NCBI GenBank assembly: GCA_964408485.1
Contig: CAYOZJ010000001.1
Coordinates: 92,366 to 156,365, forward strand
DNA length: 64,000 nucleotides
Direction of reading: 5' to 3'
Origin: an uncultured Gammaproteobacteria bacterium
Lineage (GTDB): Bacteria > Patescibacteriota > Microgenomatia > Levybacterales > UBA12049
Shown: one piece after another, positions 1 to 9,500 of the stretch
Layout of the letters: the number at the start of each line of letters is the position of its first letter
How positions within the stretch are numbered: position 1 is the stretch's first letter
Notes under the pieces: generated by a model
Seen by the model: only the letters and a program-made list of their open reading frames with translations
Databases searched by the model: none
What the model was told of the DNA's origin: nothing
Translations under genes and position numbers: made by a program

Positions 1-141
1 TGTATCCATAACAGGACCAACTGGAACAGTTGGATCTACTGGTGCAACTGGTGCTGGATCTGTTGGAACAGTTCCTGGCGTTGGAATTACTTGGTCCAAA
101 GGACCATTTGGTTGTGGCGTTGTTTGTGTATTATCATCCAT
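1..141 (-). CDS. Partial CDS, N-terminal fragment of a Pro/Thr-rich hypothetical protein. It runs off the window start. ATG at 141..139 on the minus strand.
   Basis: Minus-strand translation MDDNTQTTPQPNGPLDQVIPTPGTVPTDPAPVAPVDP... is open to the window edge. A perfect Shine-Dalgarno (AGGAGGTGA) lies 6 nt upstream. Confidence 0.4.
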   Translation of the reverse strand, partial: MDDNTQTTPQPNGPLDQVIPTPGTVPTDPAPVAPVDPTVPVGPVMDT

Positions 142-216
142 GACACTCACCTCCTCTCATTTTAAAAAATAGGTATACATCCATTAAATCGAAAAGTGAA
201 AGGGGTTGTCAATGTA

Positions 217-1557
217 TCAGTTTGCAGTTGTAACCGGAGTAGTATCTTGTCTCCTGTCCATACTGTAGAATTTAATTCTGTCTCCTCTAAATAGCAGGTT
301 AATTTCTCCTGTTGGGCCGTTACGATGCTTTGCAATAAGTAAATTAATAGGTAACGGTGATCCTGTTGCGTCTGGGTCTGCACGATACAAAAACATAACC
401 ACATCCGCATCCTGCTCGATTGCGCCGGATTCTCGAAGATCTGCAAGTTGTGGCTTTGCTTCCCCTCTATGCTCCACTGCACGAGAAAGCTGAGATAACG
501 CAAGGATTGGAATCTTTAACTCTCTTGCTAAATTCTTGAGTGATTGAGAAACAATAGAAACTTCCTGCACACGTGATTCTACTTTTCGTCCTGGGTTGAC
601 AAGCTGTAAATAGTCAACAACAATAAGTCCAACATTATGCTCTAACTGAAGCCTTCTGGCTTTTGTCCGCATTTCAGAAATAGTAATACCCGGTGTATCG
701 TCAATAAAAATTGGCGCATCAGCAAGTTGTCCCATGGCTTCGGATAACTTCGTAAAGTCCTGCTCTGACAATTTTCCTGTCTTTAATCTCCATGCATCAA
801 CATCTGCTTGACCAACAAGAAGTCTGTCAACCAATTCTTCTTGAGACATTTCTAAAGAAAAAATGCCAATTGGTGTTTTGTTATCTACTGCAATTTGCTG
901 TGCAATATTCATTGCCATTGCTGTTTTTCCTGTACCCGGGCGGGCCGCAAGAATAAGTAAGTTAGACGCCTGCATACCGGACAGCATATTATCTAAATCG
1001 GCAAACCCTGTCCTAACACCACGAAGTCCCTCTCCTTTTTTATGCAACTCATCAATTCTGTCAAAACTTGCTGCCAAGCTTTGTTTAATTGGAATAAAAC
1101 CTTTGGTAGTATTTCCCTGGGAAATAGAAAAAATACCAGATTCTGCTTTTTCTATTGTGTCACGCAATTCTCTTTCTTGATTAAATGAGTCTTCGGTAAT
1201 TTCTGCTGAGAGATGAATGAGACGCCTCTTTGTTGCACCGTCTTTAATAAGCCTCGCATATTGCTCAACATTACTTGCTGTTGGAACACTATTTACCAAC
1301 TCAGTAAGATACGCGCTTGTTATTCCGTCTGATGCTTTTAGCTTTTTAAGCTCTGATGAAAGAGTAACAATATCTATTGGACTTCTATTTTCATACAACG
1401 CAAGCATTGCATTAAAAATAGTGCCATTTTTATTGTCGTAAAAATCTCCTGGTCCTAAAATTTCTGACGCAATATTGATTGCATCTTTGTCTATAAGAAT
1501 TGCGCCCAAAACAGAAATTTCTGCTTCTAAATTATGTGGAGGAACTTTTGGTTTCAT
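217..1557 (-). CDS. dnaB: Replicative DNA helicase DnaB
   Basis: 446 aa. N-terminal DnaB motif NLEAEISVLGAIL, Walker A GARPGTGKTA, and RecA-like C-terminal motifs (IVVDYLQL, QLSR). Confidence 0.95.
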   Translation of the reverse strand: MKPKVPPHNLEAEISVLGAILIDKDAINIASEILGPGDFYDNKNGTIFNAMLALYENRSPIDIVTLSSELKKLKASDGITSAYLTELVNSVPTASNVEQYARLIKDGATKRRLIHLSAEITEDSFNQERELRDTIEKAESGIFSISQGNTTKGFIPIKQSLAASFDRIDELHKKGEGLRGVRTGFADLDNMLSGMQASNLLILAARPGTGKTAMAMNIAQQIAVDNKTPIGIFSLEMSQEELVDRLLVGQADVDAWRLKTGKLSEQDFTKLSEAMGQLADAPIFIDDTPGITISEMRTKARRLQLEHNVGLIVVDYLQLVNPGRKVESRVQEVSIVSQSLKNLARELKIPILALSQLSRAVEHRGEAKPQLADLRESGAIEQDADVVMFLYRADPDATGSPLPINLLIAKHRNGPTGEINLLFRGDRIKFYSMDRRQDTTPVTTAN

Positions 1558-1659
1558 ACAGGTTCAATCATAGTATACCAAACGATGTGAAAAGCAAGGG
1601 GAAAAAGATAATAAAAAAGACTTTACATTTCTTTTGATGTATTATATACTATAAGTTAT

Positions 1660-2028
1660 ATGTCGGCTGATATACCCGTAAATTGTTTTAGCTACGCAGT
1701 TGAGGAGGCACTACGTGAGGGAAAGGAAGAATTTATTGCTCCGGATGATATCGTGTATGTTCTTGGCAATCGCTTTGTACTTGTACAAAGCATAAATGAA
1801 GCAACTACGGCAGTTGCTATTGAATATCCCGATACCGCAGGGGATCCAAGAAGAGTTAAAGCGATTCATGCCGCAGCGATTGTACCGGGAACAACACTTG
1901 TTACAGAAAGACAACACGCTGGAGCAGATGTATGCCCTCCCAAGCCAATTGCTGAAGCAATGAAAGGATATCGATTTATTCGATATTATAGACCACGAGA
2001 ACTTCCACCGGTTAGCCCAAGAAGATAA
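1660..2028 (+). CDS. Hypothetical protein, 122 aa. A Cys9...His72 arrangement hints at a papain/NlpC-like fold, unconfirmed.
   Basis: ORF preceded by a TTTACA-17-TATACT promoter 9 nt from the ATG. No confident family match by eye. Confidence 0.35.
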   Translation: MSADIPVNCFSYAVEEALREGKEEFIAPDDIVYVLGNRFVLVQSINEATTAVAIEYPDTAGDPRRVKAIHAAAIVPGTTLVTERQHAGADVCPPKPIAEAMKGYRFIRYYRPRELPPVSPRR

Positions 2029-2530
2029 ATTCTGTTTCTTGGGGTAATTTATCTTTTGTTACAACGTATTTCCCAACAATTGCATGCGGCTTATCAAATG
2101 CTTTTGCATTCTCCTCTGCTTTTTCTCCAACAAATATAAGTACCCGCGCGTTAATTACTCCCATAACTGTTTGGCTAAGTACATCATTGGCAAAAAGCAC
2201 TGCAACATCATGTTCGTGCAATTTCTCTTTAAACATTACAGCAGAGGTTACATTGCCAACAAAAACAGCCATACCTTCCATAGTAACGGTATACATTACT
2301 TCTTCATCGATTTTAAATCCGGTAATTTTTGTCCCCTTCACTTCGTATTCGCCAGGTCCTTGAAAAATAATTCCTGATTCTTCTGTAAAAAATTCCTTTG
2401 ATTGCTCCGTACCCAATAGAAGGGATCCATCTGCTGGGGTTTTACTTTTCCCTGCTGGAAGATTGGTGACAAGCGTTACTTGTTTACCTTTTATTCTAAC
2501 GTTTGTAGGAGTTATGTATGAAATTTCCAT
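2012..2530 (-). CDS. MBL-fold metal-dependent hydrolase-like protein (Lactamase_B_3-like)
   Basis: 172 aa. Pattern resembles the small beta-lactamase-fold hydrolases common in streamlined genomes. 3' end overlaps the convergent upstream ORF by 17 nt. Confidence 0.45.
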   Translation of the reverse strand: MEISYITPTNVRIKGKQVTLVTNLPAGKSKTPADGSLLLGTEQSKEFFTEESGIIFQGPGEYEVKGTKITGFKIDEEVMYTVTMEGMAVFVGNVTSAVMFKEKLHEHDVAVLFANDVLSQTVMGVINARVLIFVGEKAEENAKAFDKPHAIVGKYVVTKDKLPQETEFIFLG

Positions 2531-2621
2531 TTTTCCATAGTATCAAACTACAATTGAATTGACAAGTCAACATGAGTATCGTATTATTCAATACACTTGA
2601 GCGTCCCCTGTCCTTTTTGTT

Positions 2622-3044
2622 ATGCGAATTGAGAAAATTATTTTAGCCGTGGCCGGAATTTTTGCAGGACTTTTTGTTGCGGGAATTGCATTTTACATTT
2701 ACCAAACAACCAAAACAATTTCGCCAAGTAGCATTAAGACTATTACATTGCAAAAACCCACACCTGCAGGAAATCTGGTCCCGCTTGTTATTTCTAGTCC
2801 GACCGATGAGAGTGTCATCACTTCACGGGTAGTGCAAATAAATGGCAAAACAAGCCCTCAGGCAACTGTTATTGTGACAACCGATGGAACAGATACGATT
2901 GTTAATCCAAGCAGTGATGGTAATTTTTCGCTCAGTATGACTGTTGATAGCGGCGAAGATAGACTAACCATTACTGCAATTATGCCTGACGGATCTGAGT
3001 CACAAAAGCAAATAACAATTAACGTAACAAGTGAAGATTTCTAA
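2622..3044 (+). CDS. Membrane-anchored exported protein with an Ig-like beta-rich domain, hypothetical
   Basis: N-terminal TM helix followed by a Thr/Ser/Val-rich beta-strand-like region. Confidence 0.45.
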   Translation: MRIEKIILAVAGIFAGLFVAGIAFYIYQTTKTISPSSIKTITLQKPTPAGNLVPLVISSPTDESVITSRVVQINGKTSPQATVIVTTDGTDTIVNPSSDGNFSLSMTVDSGEDRLTITAIMPDGSESQKQITINVTSEDF

Positions 3045-3071
3045 TACATTCGACAAGCTCAGTATACTATT

Positions 3072-3854
3072 ATGAAACGATATTTTTTTCTTTTATTTTT
3101 ACTTCTTACAATACTATTGTTGCCTAAGGTAAGTTGGGCTGCAACAACTCCAACCCCGATTAAATCGGGGCCGACCCCAACAGGTAATCAAATCGAACAA
3201 CAAATTAATAATTTAAAGGATAGAATTGCCAGTCGTGTTGCGCAATTAAATCTTGTTGAAAAAAAAGGATTTATCGGTAGCGTTACAGATATTTCTGAAA
3301 CGCAAATTACTATTCAGGATTTACAAGGTAACACACGAATTATTGACGTTGACGAGCTAACAAAATTCTCTTCTCCCTCTGCAAAATCCAGCTTTGGCAT
3401 TTCTGACATTGCGAAAGGTACAACAATTGGCGTAATTGGACTATACAATAAAGATTCCAGGCGCCTCTTGGCACGTTTTGTTGACGTTGTCCAATTACCA
3501 CAAATTTTCTCAGGAGGAATAGTAGGTATAGATAAAGATAACTTTACCTTTACTATGGCAACGGAAAAAAGCCAATCAGTAAATATCGACATTGAAAGTA
3601 TTACTAAAACAACAAGCTATACCAAAACAGATGGGTCTGTTAAAGCAGGATTCTCAAAATTAGCAATAGGACAACGAGTCTTGGTTATTGGTTTTCCAGA
3701 TGCGCGAAATAAAAACCTTACTATTGCATCACGTGTTATTGTTTTTCCTGACCTACCGGTAAATCCAAAAATTCCTCTTATTAATCCAACAGATCTTGCA
3801 CCAATTACGCCGTCCACAGGGAGCGGCAAAACACTGACCCCCATTAAAAAGTGA
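3072..3854 (+). CDS. Secreted hypothetical protein (signal peptide). Contains the PIKSGP palindrome insert.
   Basis: Signal peptide MKRYFFLLFLLLTILLLPKVSWA. Contains TPTPIKSGPTP encoded by the palindrome CCCCGATTAAATCGGGG at 3154-3170. Confidence 0.5.
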   Translation: MKRYFFLLFLLLTILLLPKVSWAATTPTPIKSGPTPTGNQIEQQINNLKDRIASRVAQLNLVEKKGFIGSVTDISETQITIQDLQGNTRIIDVDELTKFSSPSAKSSFGISDIAKGTTIGVIGLYNKDSRRLLARFVDVVQLPQIFSGGIVGIDKDNFTFTMATEKSQSVNIDIESITKTTSYTKTDGSVKAGFSKLAIGQRVLVIGFPDARNKNLTIASRVIVFPDLPVNPKIPLINPTDLAPITPSTGSGKTLTPIKK

Positions 3855-3957
3855 GCGTTAAGGGTATAGCGTCAAGCGTTAAGAAAGTTTTCTCTAAAAA
3901 ACTCATATTCTTTACCCTTCGCTTTACGCTTTCCCCTAGCTATGAGATAATAGCTCC

Positions 3958-5118
3958 ATGAAGTCCCGTCTTAACCATCTCCAGCAAATCATGTCAGCGG
4001 CAGCTGTCGATGGATTTCTTATCTCTTCAAGTAGTAATATTTTTTATCTGTCCGGATTTAATAGATTTTTAGAAGATCACGACGGATTTCTCCTTGTTAC
4101 CAAAAAGGATCACTATCTTATTACTAGTCCCCTCTATACAGAAGCAGTAAAAAAATTTACGCCAGATTTACAGATTCTGGAAACATCTCCTGATGCATGG
4201 TATGCGCAAATGGTAAAACAAGTTGCAGAAAAGCAAAATATAAAAGTGATTGGTTTTGAAGAAAAAGATTTACGTGTCGCAGAATTTTTTGATTTAGAGG
4301 AGCAGAAAATAGAACTAAAAAGCGTATCTCTACGCAACTTACGACTTCAAAAAGATGCTAAGGAAATTAGTGCAATTTCCAAAGCATGCATACTCACCGA
4401 TAAGGCGTTTGAGCATATTCTTCCATTTATTAAAGAAGGCGTAACCGAACTCGATTTAGCAAATAAGATGCAAGAATTTTTAAAGAAAAATAATTCCGAC
4501 ATGGGCTTTCCTGCGATAGTTGCTTTTGGCAGACACTCTGCTGTCCCCCACCATATGACGAGTGAGGAAAAGCTGATAAAAAACAGTTTTGTTTTATTTG
4601 ATTTTGGCGTAAAAGTAGATAGTTACCTCTCCGATATGAGTCGTACTGTTTTTTACGGTGTACCAAGTACTGGACAAATCAAATTATATGAAACAGTTAA
4701 AAAGTCCCAACAAGCAGCAATAGACTATATTGAAAAAAAGCTTCAAACTGTCATTCTGGGGAACGAGGAACGAGTGACACCAGAATCTCGTTCAAAGATA
4801 GATTCTGGACAAGCCAGAATGACGATACCCGACATTTTTACTAAAGACGTGGATGCTCTTTCCCGAAAAGTAATTGAAGACGCAAAATTTACAGCCTACC
4901 CTCACGCGCTAGGACATGGTATAGGACTCGAAGTCCATGAAGCGCCAACCCTCTCTTTGTATTCACCAGAGAAATTATTGGATGGAATGGTATTCACTCT
5001 TGAACCAGGAATCTACGAACCCTCAATGGGTGGAGTCAGAATTGAAGACATGTATGTAATCAGGAATCAGAAACTTGAACAATTGACTCACGCATCCAAA
5101 GAACTTATTGTAATATAG
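3958..5118 (+). CDS. pepP: Xaa-Pro aminopeptidase / M24 family metallopeptidase
   Basis: 386 aa. M24 metal-ligand motifs (HGIGLEVHEAP; C-terminal E...E). N-terminal creatinase-like domain. Confidence 0.85.
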   Translation: MKSRLNHLQQIMSAAAVDGFLISSSSNIFYLSGFNRFLEDHDGFLLVTKKDHYLITSPLYTEAVKKFTPDLQILETSPDAWYAQMVKQVAEKQNIKVIGFEEKDLRVAEFFDLEEQKIELKSVSLRNLRLQKDAKEISAISKACILTDKAFEHILPFIKEGVTELDLANKMQEFLKKNNSDMGFPAIVAFGRHSAVPHHMTSEEKLIKNSFVLFDFGVKVDSYLSDMSRTVFYGVPSTGQIKLYETVKKSQQAAIDYIEKKLQTVILGNEERVTPESRSKIDSGQARMTIPDIFTKDVDALSRKVIEDAKFTAYPHALGHGIGLEVHEAPTLSLYSPEKLLDGMVFTLEPGIYEPSMGGVRIEDMYVIRNQKLEQLTHASKELIVI

Positions 5119-5230
5119 TACCTTTGTTTTCCTCTACTAAAAATTCTTGAATTGTTATATTATTAAATTGTTATATTGTTTGAATAATTTTAGCAATTTA
5201 GCAATTCAACAATGTAGCAATGTATATCTT

Positions 5231-6232
5231 ATGCTCGAAGAATTCAAAAAACAATCCACCTTACTCAAAACCTTTCTTATTTTAGCATCCATTGCTCTCG
5301 GCATATATCTTTTTCAAATGCTCTGGGGAGTTTTGGGATTTTTCTCTGATGTACTGATTATCCTTTTTTCCGCTTGGATTGTTAGCTTTATTTTAGGACC
5401 AGCAGTAGGATTTTTAGAAAAGCGTCTTAAAATGCCAAAGATTGTTGCAGCACTTGTTGTGTATGTATTGTTTTTTGCGCTTTTTGCCGTTGCGATTATT
5501 AACTTTATTCCTGTTGTCACATCACAATATTTTGCTTTAGTTAAGGTACTACCAAAATATCAACATACCTTCCCTTATTATGTTAATCGTGCAACACAAG
5601 TTGCACTTACTACCGTTGGTAATTCTCTTACGCTTATCCCCGCAATTGGAAGCTTTTTTGTAGGACTTATTATGGTCCTTATTGCCTCCTTTTATTTTGT
5701 TGTTGATAAAGAGCGGATTAGTAAAGAAATATTTTTCCTTATCCCCAAAAAATATCATGATCAAGCATTGTATGTCCAAGAGCTTATCGATAACACGTTT
5801 GGGTCGTTTATTCGTGTGCAAATTATTTTTGGCATTATTGCAGGACTTGCAACGTGGTTGATTATGACAATTTTTGGTGTTGGCTTTGCTGCTTCCACTG
5901 CTCTTGTTGCTGGAATTTTAACAATTGTCCCTATTGTTGGCGGCCTTTTTGCACTTGTCCCCCCTGTTGCAATTGCTCTTCTTGCAGACCCATGGAAAGC
6001 ACTTTTTGTCTTAATCTCTCTTGTTGTCATGCAGCAAATAATATTCAATATTATCTTTCCCCGCGTTGTTGGTAATGCGCTAAAGCTACATCCTGTCGTT
6101 GTTATTTTTTCATTCTTTATTGGATATAAAATTGCAGGATCGTTTGGCGTTATTTTTGCCGTACCATTTATTGCTGTTATTTTTGTTATTCTCCACAGAC
6201 TCTCCCATCACTTCTTGGAAAAACAAGGCTAA
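5231..6232 (+). CDS. AI-2E family transporter (PerM/UPF0118)
   Basis: Multi-TM protein with the conserved AI-2E core. Start trimmed to the internal ATG (MLEEFKK...); the ORF-track start at 5147 is an extension. Confidence 0.8.
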   Translation: MLEEFKKQSTLLKTFLILASIALGIYLFQMLWGVLGFFSDVLIILFSAWIVSFILGPAVGFLEKRLKMPKIVAALVVYVLFFALFAVAIINFIPVVTSQYFALVKVLPKYQHTFPYYVNRATQVALTTVGNSLTLIPAIGSFFVGLIMVLIASFYFVVDKERISKEIFFLIPKKYHDQALYVQELIDNTFGSFIRVQIIFGIIAGLATWLIMTIFGVGFAASTALVAGILTIVPIVGGLFALVPPVAIALLADPWKALFVLISLVVMQQIIFNIIFPRVVGNALKLHPVVVIFSFFIGYKIAGSFGVIFAVPFIAVIFVILHRLSHHFLEKQG

Positions 6233-6284
6233 ATTTACCTCTTGACCCGATTTACTCCGATTAAATCGGAGTTAAAATCGGGGC

Positions 6285-6313
6285 TTGACTTTAGTTAAGT
6301 AAAGTACTATACT
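6285..6313 (+). promoter_or_regulatory. Sigma70-like promoter, TTGACT-17-TATACT
   Basis: Near-consensus -35/-10 with 17-nt spacer, 23 nt upstream of the ATG at 6337. Confidence 0.5.
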
Positions 6314-6336
6314 CTACACTAGAGTTAGTAATCTGT

Positions 6337-6657
6337 ATGGATTATTTGCATACGAAAGACACAAAAGAATTATTCAAAGCAATCTTACTTTTAAAAACAG
6401 AGGAAGATTGCAGACGATTCTTGCGAGACTTGCTCACCGAAGCAGAAATAAAAGAGTTTGCTAATCGGTGGAAAGTTGTTCGGATGTTGGATATTAAAAC
6501 GCCATACGAGACAATAACCAGCCAAACAGGCATGAGCAGCACAACAATTGCGCGAATTGCCAAATGGCTACACGGTAAAGTTGGAGGATATACATTTATG
6601 TTAAAACGAATAAAAAATGAAAAAGCAAGTCATCACGCTCCCCTAGCAGCGGCGTGA
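6337..6657 (+). CDS. TrpR-like YerC/YecD family DNA-binding protein
   Basis: 106 aa. A conserved YerC/YecD core (FLRDLLTEAEIKEFANRWKV...TGMSSTTIARIAKWL) with an HTH. Confidence 0.7.
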   Translation: MDYLHTKDTKELFKAILLLKTEEDCRRFLRDLLTEAEIKEFANRWKVVRMLDIKTPYETITSQTGMSSTTIARIAKWLHGKVGGYTFMLKRIKNEKASHHAPLAAA

Positions 6658-6679
6658 TTTGATGTGTTAGAAAAATAAA

Positions 6680-6705
6680 TCACCCGCCAGAGAGCGGGTT
6701 TTTTA
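6680..6705 (+). terminator. Rho-independent terminator
   Basis: Hairpin ACCCGC-CAGAGA-GCGGGT followed by TTTTTT, immediately downstream of the stop at 6657. Confidence 0.65.
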
Positions 6706-6727
6706 GTGATAATGGGAGCAAAAAAAT

Positions 6728-7876
6728 ATGAAAAAACAACAAGATTTAATAATTATTGGAGGAGGCATTATGGGCCTCATGACAGCGTATTTTGCTTCAC
6801 AGTTTGTGAAGAATATTACTGTGCTTGAAAAATTAACCATTGGTAATAAAGAGTCAGCATCATTTAGTTTTACGAGATCAATGCGTAGTGACTACTTAGA
6901 TCCTGAGTATTCCCGTCTTGCGTATGAATCACAACAGATCTGGAAGCAAATCCAAAAAAAGGTGAAAAAACAGTTTCTCTTTTCTTGCGGATGCATGAAT
7001 ATTGCCAAAAAATCTGTTACCCCTGATTTTGCTAACACATATGCGCAGATTGCATATAACAATGAGCTGTCCGTGAATCTCCCAACAAAAAAGTTCACAA
7101 AATCTACATTAAAAAAAGTTTTCCCTCAATTTAGTGCAGATATGGCTTGCCTTGATATCGAGGCAGGATTTTTGTATCAACCGGTAATCAATGAATTTAT
7201 TCTTAGAACTCTTCAGGAGAGAAACGTAACTATTATTGAAAACGTTACTACAGAAAAAATTGTAGACAAAGATAGTGTAACAATTACAACAAACAAAGGT
7301 ACCTTTATAGCAAAGAAATTAGTTATTACTGCTGCATTAGGAACAAATAATGTCATTCAAAAAATTCAAGGAAATACAATCCAATTCCCTATATATCCTG
7401 ATAAACCTCAGGAATGCAAATATATCTACATTCCAAAGCGATTGCAAAAATTATTCTCTCCTAAAAATTTTCCTGTTTTTGCTTATTTAGATGTAGGTAT
7501 TTACGGACACCCTATTTTTGATGCCAAGAAACAATGCATTAAAGTTGGATTTTATAATCCACCAGACGTATCAAAGAAATTGAATAAAAGAATAAATTCT
7601 ATTGATTCATTCATTACTGAATGCTTGCCGTTACTTAAAGATGCAAAAAGAGAGTTGGTAAAAGATGCTGATCAGTGCTCGTATGACTTGGTTAAAGACG
7701 ATAATTTTATTTTAGGTAAATTACCAAAGTTTAAAAATATTCTTGTTGGATGCGGATGGCGTGGAACAGGATATAAATATGCTCCTCTTATTGGAAAAAT
7801 TCTTATGCAAGAAGCGCTGCAAAAAGGAACTGTTTATAACATTACGCGTTTTTCGCCGGAAAGGTTTGCAAAATGA
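6728..7876 (+). CDS. FAD-dependent oxidoreductase of the sarcosine oxidase / N-methyltryptophan oxidase (MSOX) family
   Basis: N-terminal Rossmann FAD motif IIIGGGIMGLMTAYFAS. C-terminal block CGWRGTGYKYAPLIGKILMQ resembles MSOX GFSGHGFKF...G. Confidence 0.7.
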   Translation: MKKQQDLIIIGGGIMGLMTAYFASQFVKNITVLEKLTIGNKESASFSFTRSMRSDYLDPEYSRLAYESQQIWKQIQKKVKKQFLFSCGCMNIAKKSVTPDFANTYAQIAYNNELSVNLPTKKFTKSTLKKVFPQFSADMACLDIEAGFLYQPVINEFILRTLQERNVTIIENVTTEKIVDKDSVTITTNKGTFIAKKLVITAALGTNNVIQKIQGNTIQFPIYPDKPQECKYIYIPKRLQKLFSPKNFPVFAYLDVGIYGHPIFDAKKQCIKVGFYNPPDVSKKLNKRINSIDSFITECLPLLKDAKRELVKDADQCSYDLVKDDNFILGKLPKFKNILVGCGWRGTGYKYAPLIGKILMQEALQKGTVYNITRFSPERFAK

Positions 7877-8897
7877 AAAAAGGAATTCTTGAACGATTGC
7901 AAAAAGGGGTTGTTTTAGGGGCGGAAGGATATGTTTTTGAACTTGAATGCAGGGGGATATTAAAGCAGGTCCGTATGTACCTGAAGTGGTATTGGACGCA
8001 CCAAATGCAGTCAGAGAATTAAGCAATGAATTCCTGCGTGCTGGGGCAGAAGTAATTGTTGCACTTACCTACTACGCCAACAGAAATAAATTAAAAGATG
8101 TAGGACGGGAAGGAGATCTAGAGACATTAAATAGACAAGCAGTCAGAATTGCTAATCAGGTTGCCAAAAAAGGCAACGCGCTTGTTGCAGGAAATATCTG
8201 CAATACCTGGATGTACGATCCAAATGATAAAGAAAAAAGTGGCAAGGTTGTCAGGAAAATTTATCGCGAGCAACTACAATGGGCCATGCAGGAAGGAATA
8301 GATTTTGTTATCTCAGAAACAAATGATTACTTGGAAGAAGCGCTTATTGGACTACAGGAAATAAAACGCCTTGGTTTGCCTAGCATGGTTACCTTGGCTA
8401 CTATCCAAAAAGACAAAACAGCAGATGGATATGATTATATAGAAGCATGTAAAATTCTTGAAAAAAATGGAGCAGATATCGTTGGGCTTAACTGTGATAG
8501 AGGACCAGCAACCATGCTCCCCCTTTTGAAAAAAATTAGGAAAGCAGTAAAATGTTTTGTTGCTGCACAACCTGCACCATACCGAACAACACAGCAACAA
8601 TTTACTTTCGAATCACTCAAAAAAAATGGACAGCGCATTTTCCCTCTTGGACTCGATCCTTTTCTCCTTACTCGATTCGAAATGGCAGAATTTGCTAAAA
8701 AAGCAAAAGCAATCGGTATTAACTACATCGGCAGTTGCTGTGGAACAAACCCATCTATGACACGAGCCATGGCTGAGGCTTTGGGTCGAACGGTACCTGC
8801 AAGTAAATACTCGCCTGTTTTAGATTTACACCCTGTTATTGGCAATACTATTCAAACAGACAACAAAGAATTCATTGCAGATTGGAGAGATGACTAA
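7873..8897 (+). CDS. Betaine/homocysteine S-methyltransferase (BHMT-like, Pfam S-methyl_trans) with an apparent +1 frameshift at a G5 run (7951-7955)
   Basis: Frame A from the ATG at 7873 gives [28 protein letters not shown], which matches the BHMT N-terminus ([28 protein letters not shown]). Frame B from 7947 continues (Y/D)IKAGPYVPEVVLDAPNAVRE...QVAKKGNALVAGNICNT...NCDRG...IGSCCG, which also matches BHMT. The start overlaps the upstream gene as ATGA. Confidence 0.8.
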
Positions 8898-8898
8898 T

Positions 8899-9021
8899 AT
8901 GGAAATTGCACTCATTACTACCATTGTATTTTTTACTGTTAAAGGAATTATTTCTTTACTCGGAATTATCTGGGTTGGGAAAAAAGTTAAGAAATATATC
9001 AGAAGGGAAAATGAAAAATGA
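8899..9021 (+). CDS. Possible 40-aa single-TM micro-protein
   Basis: MEIALITTIVFFTVKGIISLLGIIWVGKKVKKYIRRENEK, one hydrophobic helix plus a basic tail. Weak evidence. Confidence 0.25.
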   Translation: MEIALITTIVFFTVKGIISLLGIIWVGKKVKKYIRRENEK

Positions 9022-9500
9022 AAAAGCAGACTGCCCAAACTTTTCCATTTGATTTAGAATTAATCTTAGGGGAACAAAGGGATAAATATGTGGACTTTAA
9101 TTTACCAATTTACAAAGTTTTTCGTGGTTGGGAAAGATTAAATCCGTATCTCGAACAAGATAACTATTTTGTTGTATTTGAGTCAAAAAGAAAAAGGTAC
9201 CCTTTCTTAGACCAATTACTCGATTTTGCAGATTACTTTGCATATCGGGAAGCAAAGAAGATGCCTGGATTCCGAGGGTACTACCGAGGTGAATTGGACA
9301 AAGAAACACACCTCTGCCGATCTTTTTGCGTTTGGGATAAAAAAGAATCTGCTAGGAATAGCGCAAGACAACCTAAACACAGGAAGGCAATGCTTATGAC
9401 AAAGGTTGCTTTTGACCTGTACAGAGTCAAAAGATATATTGTCCAAAAAAGAAAAGATAAAATCCTTTTCCAAGAATATATCCCGGAAAGGAGTAATTAA
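9018..9500 (+). CDS. Hypothetical protein, 160 aa, translationally coupled to hisS
   Basis: Stop/start overlap TAATG with hisS. AAGGAG Shine-Dalgarno for hisS lies inside its 3' end. Confidence 0.5.
   Translation: MKKQTAQTFPFDLELILGEQRDKYVDFNLPIYKVFRGWERLNPYLEQDNYFVVFESKRKRYPFLDQLLDFADYFAYREAKKMPGFRGYYRGELDKETHLCRSFCVWDKKESARNSARQPKHRKAMLMTKVAFDLYRVKRYIVQKRKDKILFQEYIPERSN

Noticed and set aside
863-1441. Plus-strand ORFs 863..1180 and 1217..1441 inside dnaB
   Set aside because: They are antisense to a well-supported dnaB reading frame and are low-complexity hydrophobic translations. They are spurious.
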